Source: Candidatus Nealsonbacteria bacterium RBG_13_36_15 (lineage in GTDB: Bacteria; Patescibacteriota; Minisyncoccia; Minisyncoccales; RBG-13-36-15). From it: a DNA stretch of 35,667 nt. The notes under the pieces were generated by a model that was not told where the DNA came from, did no database searches, and saw only the letters and a list, made by a program, of their open reading frames with translations. Below, one piece after another: positions 10,109-18,485 of this stretch. Both the position numbers and the translations under genes were made by a program. Numbering within the stretch: position 1 is the first letter of the stretch; each line of letters opens with the position of its first letter. The stretch lies in NCBI GenBank assembly GCA_001819145.1, contig MHLV01000016.1, forward strand, positions 6,313-41,979, read 5' to 3'.

Positions 10109-10148
10109 TTGACAGCCTTCATTAAAAATATTATCTTAAAATAAGATA
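10109..10148 (+). promoter_or_regulatory. Putative recA promoter (TTGACA-17-TATCTT) overlapping a 17-bp palindrome
   Basis: TTGACA at 10109-10114, 17-nt spacer, TATCTT at 10132-10137. Palindrome TATCTTA-AAA-TAAGATA at 10132-10148 ends 2 nt before the recA ATG. Confidence 0.4.
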
Positions 10149-10150
10149 AA

Positions 10151-11146
10151 ATGGCAAAAACAAAAGAAAAGAAAATTGAGAGAGGAGATCTTCAAGAGGC
10201 AATAGAAGAGATTAAACAACGTTTTGGCGAAGGGGCCATTATGAGGCTAAAAGATGCTAGGGCAGTTGACGTTGATGTTATTCCAACGGGCTCCATATCT
10301 TTGGATTTGGCTCTGGGAGTAGGAGGCGTGCCTCGGGGAAGAGTGGTTGAAATTTTTGGGCCAGAGATGTCTGGCAAAACAACATTAGCCCTTCATATTT
10401 TGACAGAAACACAAAAAAAAGGAGGAGTAGGAGCTTTTATTGATGCAGAACATGCCTTAGATCCAGATTATGCAAAGAGAATTGGGGTTAATGTTGATGA
10501 TCTTTTAATCTCTCAGCCAGATTCTGGAGAACAGGCTCTGCAAATAGTTGAAACTTTAGTCAGATCGGGTCAGGTTGATTTGATTGTTGTTGATTCAGTG
10601 GCCGCTTTAACTCCGAAAAGCGAAATCGCAGGCGAGATGGGCGAATTACAGATCGGACTTCAAGCAAGATTGATGAGCCATGCTTTAAGGAAACTGTCTG
10701 GTATTATTGCCAAAACAAAGACAGTAGTTATATTTTTGAATCAAACACGAATGAAAATCGGGATTCGTTTTGGTAATCCTGAAACCACTCCTGGGGGACT
10801 GGCCCTCAAATTCTATGCTTCAGTGAGGGTTGATTTAAGAAGAATAGCCCAGATTAAACATGGGGAAGAGATTATTGGGTCCCGCGTTAAGGCAAAGATA
10901 GTTAAAAATAAAGTGGCAGCTCCCTTTAAGATTGCTGAATTTGATATTTATTACAACGAAGGAATTTCTTATTTTGGCGATATTTTACAGAGCGCCTTAA
11001 AGCAAGAGTTGATAAAAAAAACCGGGAGTTGGCTCCAGTACGAGGACGTAAAGCTTGGCCAAGGAATAGAGGGGGCAAGAAAATATTTACAAGAAAATCC
11101 CGAATTAGCCGAGAAGATAAGAAAGATAATAGTAGAAAAAGATTAG
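10151..11146 (+). CDS. recA: Recombinase RecA
   Basis: 331 aa. Walker [21 protein letters not shown], and the L2-loop region [20 protein letters not shown]. Confidence 0.98.
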   Translation: MAKTKEKKIERGDLQEAIEEIKQRFGEGAIMRLKDARAVDVDVIPTGSISLDLALGVGGVPRGRVVEIFGPEMSGKTTLALHILTETQKKGGVGAFIDAEHALDPDYAKRIGVNVDDLLISQPDSGEQALQIVETLVRSGQVDLIVVDSVAALTPKSEIAGEMGELQIGLQARLMSHALRKLSGIIAKTKTVVIFLNQTRMKIGIRFGNPETTPGGLALKFYASVRVDLRRIAQIKHGEEIIGSRVKAKIVKNKVAAPFKIAEFDIYYNEGISYFGDILQSALKQELIKKTGSWLQYEDVKLGQGIEGARKYLQENPELAEKIRKIIVEKD

Positions 11147-11175
11147 TAAGTCTTTAAATTATAATTTATTAGTAA

Positions 11176-11217
11176 AATAAAAACGGCTAATATCTTTTAG
11201 CCGCTTTTATTTTTTTA
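11176..11217. terminator. Bidirectional intrinsic terminator between recA (+) and rpsR (-)
   Basis: CGGCTAA (11184-11190) pairs with TTAGCCG (11197-11203) around a 6-nt loop. An A-run lies upstream and CTTTTATTTTTTT downstream, so a hairpin plus U-tract forms on both strands. Confidence 0.6.
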
Positions 11218-11249
11218 GTCAAAGGAAGTAACTTTTGATCGTTTAATGA

Positions 11250-11447
11250 CTATTTTATAGTATGGGCAAGTAAACCAAGATGACGGGCTCTTTTTATTGC
11301 TTTTGCCAGTTTACGTTGATGCAGAGAACAAACCCCGGTTCTTTTTTTGGCTCTGATTTTAGCTAAACCAGAGGTGAATTTTTCTAAAGTTTTAACATCT
11401 TTAAAATCAATCCCTTTTAAATTGTGTTTACAAAAAAAACATTCCAT
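11250..11447 (-). CDS. rpsR: 30S ribosomal protein S18
   Basis: 65 aa, basic. S18-like FKDVKTLEKF...RTGVCSLHQRKLAKAIKRARHLGLL. Last gene of the conserved rpsF-ssb-rpsR cluster. Confidence 0.95.
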   Translation of the reverse strand: MECFFCKHNLKGIDFKDVKTLEKFTSGLAKIRAKKRTGVCSLHQRKLAKAIKRARHLGLLAHTIK

Positions 11448-11454
11448 ATTTTAT

Positions 11455-11892
<438 letters not shown>

Positions 11893-11984
11893 TCACGAAT
11901 AATGCCACGGATTCCCTCATTAATTGTCAAGAATGAGTTATTAGTGAGTATCCGTAGGTAAATTAGTGTTTTATTAATATTTTA

Positions 11985-12410
11985 TTATTCGTCTAATATT
12001 TCTTCTAATTTTTTTTCAATTTCTTTCAAATCTACCTTTTCTGAAAAAGGCTTAACCTTTTTTTCTATCTTAGGAACTTGGGGCAGGGACCTATAAGCCT
12101 TAATTTTTTTTAGCTCCTTTTTTGCTAAGATAATATAGCGAAGGATTTGATTTTCAGAATTGAGTTTTGTTTTCAGCATTTCTACTTTTTCAGGGTTAAA
12201 ATAAAAATTTAAAACACCCAAATAAGCTTGCCCCTCTTTTTTAATCGGTGAGCCTAATTTCCTTTTGCCCAAGTCCTCTTTAATAGAAAAATTTTTATCT
12301 AAAAGCCCCTCGTTTTCTTGAACAAACGAAGATATTTTCTCTGAAAAACTTGTGGACTCACTTTCTGTTAAATTTGAGGAAAGAAAATAAGTTAATTCGT
12401 ATAGTCTCAT
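11985..12410 (-). CDS. rpsF: 30S ribosomal protein S6 (with K/E-rich C-terminal extension)
   Basis: 141 aa. S6-like N-terminus MRLYELTYFL. Position immediately upstream of ssb-rpsR. Confidence 0.85.
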   Translation of the reverse strand: MRLYELTYFLSSNLTESESTSFSEKISSFVQENEGLLDKNFSIKEDLGKRKLGSPIKKEGQAYLGVLNFYFNPEKVEMLKTKLNSENQILRYIILAKKELKKIKAYRSLPQVPKIEKKVKPFSEKVDLKEIEKKLEEILDE

Positions 12411-12422
12411 GTTTTTTTTGAT

Positions 12423-13466
12423 TTATATCTTGAATTCTACCACATCACCATCTTGAACGATATATTCTTTACCAACCGTTTTAATCTCTCCTTTCTCGCG
12501 AGCCTTAGGCCAAGAGCCGATTTTAACTAAATTCTGCCAGGGGATTACTTCAGCGCGAATGAATTTCTCTTGAAAATCAGAATGAACACAGCTAGCCGCT
12601 TCCAAAACGAACTTGCCTTTTTTTAATGTCCAGGCCCGAGCTTCTTTTCCGCCAGCTGTCGTATAGAAGGTGATCAAATCAAGGATATTGTAACAAGTAA
12701 GGATTAACTGGTCAAGTCGGGATTTTAATCTTAATTCTTCAATTTCTAATTCTGATAATTCAGAAATTTCTTCTTCTGTTTTTAAGTCAATGGTTAATTT
12801 AGACAATGAGGCTTTGATAGAGTTTTCTTCTGATTCTTCATCAGTATTCAGGACATAAATAATAGGCTTCAAGGTCAAGAATTGATATTCTTTAATTTCT
12901 TTTTTATCCTCTTTCGAAAGAAATATGGCCGAGATGAACTTTCCTTCGGAAAGACCCTGACGAATTGTTTTGAGTAATTCTTTTTTTTTGATAACCTTTT
13001 TATCTCCGGCCCTAGAGTCTCTTTCCATCTTTTGTAGCAGGCTTCCTATCATTTCCAAATCTTTCATTAATAGTTCAGTTTCAACTATTTCAATATCTTG
13101 CCTAGGGTTAATTTCTCCTGTGACATGTTCAACTCCTTTGCCTTTAAAATCTCGGACGATTTCTAAAATTAAATCACAAGTTTTGATACAAGAAAGAAAT
13201 TGATTTCCCAATCCCTCTCCCTTATGAGCGCCTTTGATAAGACCTGCTATGTCAACAAAATCAATAATAGTGGGAGTAACTTTTTTTGGTTTTATTACTT
13301 CAGCAATTTTTTTTAATCTTTCGTCAGGAACAGCCACCGTTCCTACATTGGGATCTATAGTGGTAAAAGGATAAGAAGCAATATCAACCTGTTTTTTGGT
13401 TAAGGCCTTAAAGAGAGTTGATTTACCAACATTGGGAAGGCCCACTATAGCTACAGAAAAAGACAT
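12423..13466 (-). CDS. ychF: Ribosome-binding ATPase YchF (Obg-like)
   Basis: 347 aa. G1 motif GLPNVGKSTLF, PFTTIDPNVG, and a C-terminal TGS-like domain (GKEYIVQDGDVVEFKI). Confidence 0.95.
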   Translation of the reverse strand: MSFSVAIVGLPNVGKSTLFKALTKKQVDIASYPFTTIDPNVGTVAVPDERLKKIAEVIKPKKVTPTIIDFVDIAGLIKGAHKGEGLGNQFLSCIKTCDLILEIVRDFKGKGVEHVTGEINPRQDIEIVETELLMKDLEMIGSLLQKMERDSRAGDKKVIKKKELLKTIRQGLSEGKFISAIFLSKEDKKEIKEYQFLTLKPIIYVLNTDEESEENSIKASLSKLTIDLKTEEEISELSELEIEELRLKSRLDQLILTCYNILDLITFYTTAGGKEARAWTLKKGKFVLEAASCVHSDFQEKFIRAEVIPWQNLVKIGSWPKAREKGEIKTVGKEYIVQDGDVVEFKI

Positions 13467-13467
13467 A

Positions 13468-13618
13468 CCCCGTAGGAAATTAAATATTTTCCGTGGTTAT
13501 TTTAGACAGACCTTTGAATAATTGTATAATTTACAGCCTCGTAGGTAATCCGGAATTTTTACTAGAAAATATTTTAACTATACTTTTAACCACGAAATTC
13601 CTCTGATTTCCTACGGGG
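13468..13618. repeat. 151-nt element bounded by a perfect 13-bp inverted repeat with a nested 8-bp inverted repeat
   Basis: CCCCGTAGGAAAT at 13468-13480 pairs with ATTTCCTACGGGG at 13606-13618. Inner pair is CGTGGTTA at 13492-13499 with TAACCACG at 13587-13594. It fills the divergent ychF/phosphohexomutase spacer. Confidence 0.8.
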
Positions 13619-13628
13619 CATATAGATA

Positions 13629-13637
13629 TGGTATAAT
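13629..13637 (+). promoter_or_regulatory. Extended -10 (TGGTATAAT) 8 nt upstream of the phosphohexomutase ATG
   Basis: TG at 13629-13630, TATAAT at 13632-13637, then AAAAAAAC and ATG at 13646. No SD. Confidence 0.5.
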
Positions 13638-13645
13638 AAAAAAAC

Positions 13646-15052
13646 ATGAAAATCAATCCAAACATTTTCCGCGCTTACGATATCAGGGGAATTTATCCTG
13701 CAGAATTAAACGAGAAAGTGTCCCGTTTAATTACTTTGGCTTATGTGAATTTGTATCCCCATACTCAGAAAATAATTGTAGCTCGCGACCCAAGAATTAG
13801 TTCGCCGTTCTTAAGCAAAGAAATTATTAATACTTTCATAAAGTCTGGAAAGGAAGTGATTGATATCGGAATAGCGCCAGACCCTTTGTTTTATTTTTCA
13901 ATTTTCTACTATCTTATTGATGGAGGAATTATGATAAGCGGTTCTCACAATCCTAAGGAATACAACGGTCTAACCCTTAATGTCCGAAAAAAGGATAAAA
14001 AAATTAACGAAGATGTTATGGGCAGAGATCTGGAAAAAATAAAAGAACTGGTTTTAAGCCAAAACATAAAAAAAGCCGGAAAAGGAGGTAAAATTAGAGA
14101 TTTTAATCCTACCGAAGATTATATTAATTATGTAACAAAAAAAATTAACCTAAAGAAACCCTTAAAGATTGTTATTGACTCTGGTAATGGCGCTTGTGGC
14201 TATCTACCAGAAAAAGTATTCCAAAAACTTGGTTGTCAAGTTAAAACTCTCTATGGCGAATTTGACGGGACGTTTCCCCATCACTTGCCCGATCCCTATC
14301 AAAAGGAAAATATTCAAGATATTCAAAAGGCGGTTATTGAAGAAAAAGCAGACATAGGATTTGCCTATGACAGTGACGGTGACCGAGTTGCTCCGATTGA
14401 CAATAAGGGTCGGTTCATTGAAGGTGATTTTTGTCTTTTAATGCTAGCCCGCCAGGCCTTAGAAAAGAAAAAGGGTCCTATTGTTCACGATATGAGAGTT
14501 TCTAAGGCTTTTCTCGATGAGATGTCAAAACAAGGGATAAAGACACACTTTTCTGTTTCTCATCATTCCTCGGTTATTGATAAAATTATTAAAACTAACG
14601 CTGTTTTTGGAGGAGAAGTTACTCTTCATTTTCTTTTTCCTCAAGATTATTATCTTTGCGACGATGCTATTTTCGCCTCTTTGAAATTAGCCGAGATTGC
14701 TTCAAGAGAAGATAAGTTCTCAAACTATGTAGACAGCTTACCAAAATACTGTATTAGTCCTGAGGTTTTTATTGATTCAACCGACGAAGAAAAATTTGGG
14801 ATTATTAAAAATCTTCAGGATTATCTCAGGAAAAATAATTATAATTTTATTGATATTGATGGAGCAAGAATTAATTTTGAGCATGGCTGGGCTTTAGCCC
14901 GAGCAGCAAATACTACGCCGATTATTAAATGTCGTTTTGAAGGAGAAACCAAAAATCATTTAATTGAAGTGGAAAGGAAGGCTCTAGAAATTTTTAAAAA
15001 AGCGGGAATTCCCATAACAAAAAAGACCTATCAAGAATTAGGCCTTCAATAA
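13646..15052 (+). CDS. Phosphomannomutase/phosphoglucomutase (alpha-D-phosphohexomutase family)
   Basis: 468 aa. Active-site serine loop MISGSHNPKEYNG and metal loop AYDSDGDRVAPID. Confidence 0.9.
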   Translation: MKINPNIFRAYDIRGIYPAELNEKVSRLITLAYVNLYPHTQKIIVARDPRISSPFLSKEIINTFIKSGKEVIDIGIAPDPLFYFSIFYYLIDGGIMISGSHNPKEYNGLTLNVRKKDKKINEDVMGRDLEKIKELVLSQNIKKAGKGGKIRDFNPTEDYINYVTKKINLKKPLKIVIDSGNGACGYLPEKVFQKLGCQVKTLYGEFDGTFPHHLPDPYQKENIQDIQKAVIEEKADIGFAYDSDGDRVAPIDNKGRFIEGDFCLLMLARQALEKKKGPIVHDMRVSKAFLDEMSKQGIKTHFSVSHHSSVIDKIIKTNAVFGGEVTLHFLFPQDYYLCDDAIFASLKLAEIASREDKFSNYVDSLPKYCISPEVFIDSTDEEKFGIIKNLQDYLRKNNYNFIDIDGARINFEHGWALARAANTTPIIKCRFEGETKNHLIEVERKALEIFKKAGIPITKKTYQELGLQ

Positions 15053-15073
15053 AGTTTTATTATAAATAATTGA

Positions 15074-16051
15074 TTAGAAGATTCCCATCTTTTTTCTGAC
15101 ATTTTCCATAGTTAAGGCAGCCAAGGAGCGGGCTTTTTTTGTCCCCCGATCCAAAACTTCTTTTATATAAACTTCTCTTTGATCAAGCTCTTTTTTCTTC
15201 TCCCTGAACAGCCCTAAGGAATCTATTAAAATTTTCGCTAAAGATTTTTTTAATTCTGCGTATCCTTTATTTTTGAAATCATTTTCTAATTTTTTAATCG
15301 GTTCTCCGCTAAAAATGTGATAAATCATTAAAAGATTGGAAATGCCGGGCTTTTTTAAGGGATCATATCTGATATTTCTGCCGGGATCAGTAACCGTAGC
15401 CATTATTTTCTTTTTGATTTCTTCTGGCGCATCAAAGAGACTAATATAGCCGTGAGGACCATCGGTTTTGGACATTTTTTTCTTGGGGTTTTGCAAAGAC
15501 ATAATTTTTTCCCCAACTTTTGGCAGCAGGACCTTAGGTTCCTTAAAAACTTTCCCAAATTTATTATTGAAACGACGAGCAATTTCTTTGGTTAATTCAA
15601 CATGTTGTTTCTGGTCCTTACCCACCGGAACCGCATCTGTCTGATAAAGCAAGATATCAGCTGCCATTAAAAGGGGATAATTTAAGAGTCCGGCATTAAT
15701 ATATTCTAGATGTTTTTTTGACTTTTCTTTAAATTGGGTCATCCTTTTTAATTCACCTAAAGGAGTAATTGTTCCCAATAGCCAGGCTAATTCAGTATGT
15801 TCTTTTATTTCAGATTGGACGAAAAATATGCATTTTTCTGGATCCAAGCCAGCGGCTAAATAAACTATAGCTAAATCCCGAATGTTTTTTTGTAATTCCC
15901 CGGGCTTATATGGCGTAGTCATGGCATGTAGGTCAACAATACAAAAAACGCATTCAGCTTTTTCCTGAAGTTCTATCCATTGCCTTATGGCTCCTAAATA
16001 ATTTCCAATATGTAACTCACCCGTTGGTCTAATACCGCTAAAAACTCTCAT
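15074..16051 (-). CDS. trpS: Tryptophan--tRNA ligase
   Basis: 325 aa. HIGH-type motif GELHIGNYLG and KMSKS-type motif KKMSKTD. Class Ic size. Confidence 0.96.
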   Translation of the reverse strand: MRVFSGIRPTGELHIGNYLGAIRQWIELQEKAECVFCIVDLHAMTTPYKPGELQKNIRDLAIVYLAAGLDPEKCIFFVQSEIKEHTELAWLLGTITPLGELKRMTQFKEKSKKHLEYINAGLLNYPLLMAADILLYQTDAVPVGKDQKQHVELTKEIARRFNNKFGKVFKEPKVLLPKVGEKIMSLQNPKKKMSKTDGPHGYISLFDAPEEIKKKIMATVTDPGRNIRYDPLKKPGISNLLMIYHIFSGEPIKKLENDFKNKGYAELKKSLAKILIDSLGLFREKKKELDQREVYIKEVLDRGTKKARSLAALTMENVRKKMGIF

Positions 16052-16135
16052 TTTTAGGTTTTAGGTTCTATCTTCTAGGTGTTTAGATTAATTAGAATCT
16101 AGATACTAAGGACATAGATGCTAAACGCTAAAAAT

Positions 16136-17818
16136 CTATACTTCAATAATAACTGGCAATATCATAGGGCGACGCTGAGTCTTTGTATAGAGAAATTGGC
16201 CGATTTTATTTCTGACTTCATCTTTTACATAAGTCCAGTTGACCACACCATCGGACCCGGCTGTTTGGTTAACAATGCTAATGACTTTTTTCCGGGTAGC
16301 TGCCAATAATTCTTTTGATTCTCTTAAGTAAACAAAACCCCTGGAGATTATATCTGGAGATCCCCGAACTCTACCGGTTTGTCTGTCAACAACAGCGACA
16401 ATAACAAACATTCCGTCTTTAGCTAAAGTTTTACGATCTCTAAGAACCACTTCTCCGACATCTCCAACTCCCAGACCATCGACCATAACATAATTTGAGG
16501 GAACTGTTTTATTCTGAACAAAGGCTTCTTTCCGATTTAAGATGATAATCTGACCATTTTCAGCTAAAATAATATTTCTTTCCGGAATTCCTTGGGATTT
16601 GGCTAAGTTCGCGTTGGCAACCATCATTGATAACTGGCCATGAATCGGGAAGAAAAATTTCGGCCTCATAATTTTAATCATTTTTTTTAATTCTTCTCTC
16701 TGGGCATGGCCACCGGCATGGATATCCATCATTCGATAATGGAAAACTTCAGCTTTCTGACGATAAAGACCGTCTTTTAGGATTTGAACCGTTCTTTCAT
16801 TTCCCGGAATAACCGACGAGGAAAAGATAACGGAATCCCCTCCCTTAAGGCGCAAAAGCGGATGTTCTTTTGTGGCAATTCTCATTAAAACAGCCTGCCC
16901 TTCTCCCTGGGCCCCAGTGCACAATACAGTTATTTTAGAATCTGGCAATTTTTCTATATATTTGGTGTTAATTAAGGTGCCTTTTTTGATTTTAAGATAG
17001 CCTAAATTTCGGGAAATCTCAACATTTGTTCTCATTGAATAACCTTCAATAGCTACTTTTCTTCCGTATTTTTCTGATAGAATTATTATCTGCTGAATTC
17101 TATTAATAAGAGAGGCAAAGGTAGCTGCAATAATTCTGCCCTTTGCTTTTTTGAATATTTCTTCTAAATTTTTTGAAATAAGGCTTTCTGAAAAAGAATG
17201 CCCCTCTTCTTCAGCTCCCGTTGAGTCCGACATTAAAAGTAAAATCTTTTGAAGGCTAATTCTGTTTAATTTTTTAAAATCGGTTGGTAAATCATTAACC
17301 GGGCTAGAGTCAAATTTGAAATCAGAAGTATGCACCAGGTTTCCAATAGGAGTCTGGATAAAGAGACCAAAATTATCTGGGATATTATGATTCTGGCGGA
17401 AAAACTCAACCCCAAAGGGGCCAAGTTTTATTATTGATCCATTTCTGATACTTTTTATTTCAAGTTTTCTTTTAATTGGAAAATCTTCCTGCCTTCTTAA
17501 TATAATTCCTCTGGCTAAGGGGGAAGCAAAAAGGGGGGGATAGCCAATTTTTTCAATAAGATAAGGAACCGCTCCAATGTGGTCATAGTGTCCATGGGTG
17601 AAAACTACTCCTAAGATATTCTTTTCTCTACCTTTTAAATAAGAAATGTTCGGTATAATATAGTCTACTCCCGGCATATCCTCTTCTGGCATTCTAAAAC
17701 CCATATCAATGATTAAAATTTTACCTTGCCATTCAAGAATCATCATATTCCGGCCGACCTCACCCAGCCCTCCTAAAGGAATAATTTTGAGGCTTAATTG
17801 TTTTTTTGTTTTTTCCAT
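16136..17818 (-). CDS. rnj: Ribonuclease J (metallo-beta-lactamase/beta-CASP)
   Basis: 560 aa. HGHYDHIG motif, beta-CASP core, and a C-terminal domain typical of RNase J. Confidence 0.94.
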   Translation of the reverse strand: MEKTKKQLSLKIIPLGGLGEVGRNMMILEWQGKILIIDMGFRMPEEDMPGVDYIIPNISYLKGREKNILGVVFTHGHYDHIGAVPYLIEKIGYPPLFASPLARGIILRRQEDFPIKRKLEIKSIRNGSIIKLGPFGVEFFRQNHNIPDNFGLFIQTPIGNLVHTSDFKFDSSPVNDLPTDFKKLNRISLQKILLLMSDSTGAEEEGHSFSESLISKNLEEIFKKAKGRIIAATFASLINRIQQIIILSEKYGRKVAIEGYSMRTNVEISRNLGYLKIKKGTLINTKYIEKLPDSKITVLCTGAQGEGQAVLMRIATKEHPLLRLKGGDSVIFSSSVIPGNERTVQILKDGLYRQKAEVFHYRMMDIHAGGHAQREELKKMIKIMRPKFFFPIHGQLSMMVANANLAKSQGIPERNIILAENGQIIILNRKEAFVQNKTVPSNYVMVDGLGVGDVGEVVLRDRKTLAKDGMFVIVAVVDRQTGRVRGSPDIISRGFVYLRESKELLAATRKKVISIVNQTAGSDGVVNWTYVKDEVRNKIGQFLYTKTQRRPMILPVIIEV

Positions 17819-17827
17819 AAATTAAAG

Positions 17828-17914
17828 TGGTGCGGACGGTGGGAATTGAACCCACAAGGTCTTTCGACCACATGATCCTGAATCATGCGCGTATCCCAGT
17901 TCCGCCACGTCCGC
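17828..17914 (-). tRNA. tRNA-Leu (anticodon CAG), type II with long variable arm, CCA encoded
   Basis: Minus-strand read: GCGGACG TG GCG-GAACTGGGATA-CGC G CATGA-TTCAGGA-TCATG TGGTCGAAAGACCTT GTGGG-TTCAATT-CCCAC CGTCCGC A CCA. All four stems pair. Anticodon loop TTCAGGA gives CAG. Confidence 0.93.
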
Positions 17915-18485
17915 TCTTGAGGAAATCTAAATTCTTTGGGATTTTCTTTAAAGGTTTTTCAAGGCGTAACCTTGGGACATTTTTATAATTTTTATTCTTT
18001 ATCCAACCTTTTTGAGTATAAAAATAACATGCTCCCCCAAGTCTTTCAAATAGAGCATAAGAATTTTTGCATTTTTTGGAAACCCAATTAGCCATTTTCA
18101 GCTCTTTCTTGGAAGGATTAATAGTTACATGACCATAATGAGGGGGGATAACAATAATGTCCCCTGCTTTAGCTTTGACAGCATAAATATCCTCAATTCT
18201 TTTATTTTTGTATCTTTGAAGCAAATAGATCGCTTTTCCCGATAGCACTTTGTAAATCTCTTGGAACCTTTCAAGATGTTCGTGGCCAACAGTTTTGGGA
18301 AATTCTCTTCCCAACATCTTATCTTTTATTTTTGTAATATCATATCTTAATTCTCCTTTTTTTTTGATGCCGCGATACATATAATAGACTTCAAAATTAT
18401 CAGACTTTTTAAACCAGTTTCGATCATAAACCACCTTTTCCATGTCATTTAAAAAACGGATTCCCGGTTTAATTTTCATTTCCAT
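17883..18485 (-). CDS. Cupin-type glucose-6-phosphate isomerase-like protein
   Basis: 200 aa. Cupin metal motifs TVGHEHLERFQE and GDIIVIPPHYGHVTIN resemble archaeal-type cPGI. The last 32 nt, including the TGA at 17883-17885, lie inside the tRNA-Leu gene. Confidence 0.6.
   Translation of the reverse strand: MEMKIKPGIRFLNDMEKVVYDRNWFKKSDNFEVYYMYRGIKKKGELRYDITKIKDKMLGREFPKTVGHEHLERFQEIYKVLSGKAIYLLQRYKNKRIEDIYAVKAKAGDIIVIPPHYGHVTINPSKKELKMANWVSKKCKNSYALFERLGGACYFYTQKGWIKNKNYKNVPRLRLEKPLKKIPKNLDFLKSGRGGTGIRA

Noticed and set aside
15053-15073. A missing terminator in the 21-nt convergent gap between the phosphohexomutase gene and trpS.
   Set aside because: This is simply a very short AT-rich gap with no hairpin. 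That fits the general compaction, and nothing positive can be claimed.
16052-16070. Near-identical AACCT(T)AAAACCTAAAAAT word upstream of trpS (minus sense, 16052-16070) and after pilB (33624-33643).
   Set aside because: It is a short, low-complexity tandem AAACCT unit in AT-rich spacers. There are only two copies and the contexts are different (before a start versus after a stop). This is insufficient to call a motif.
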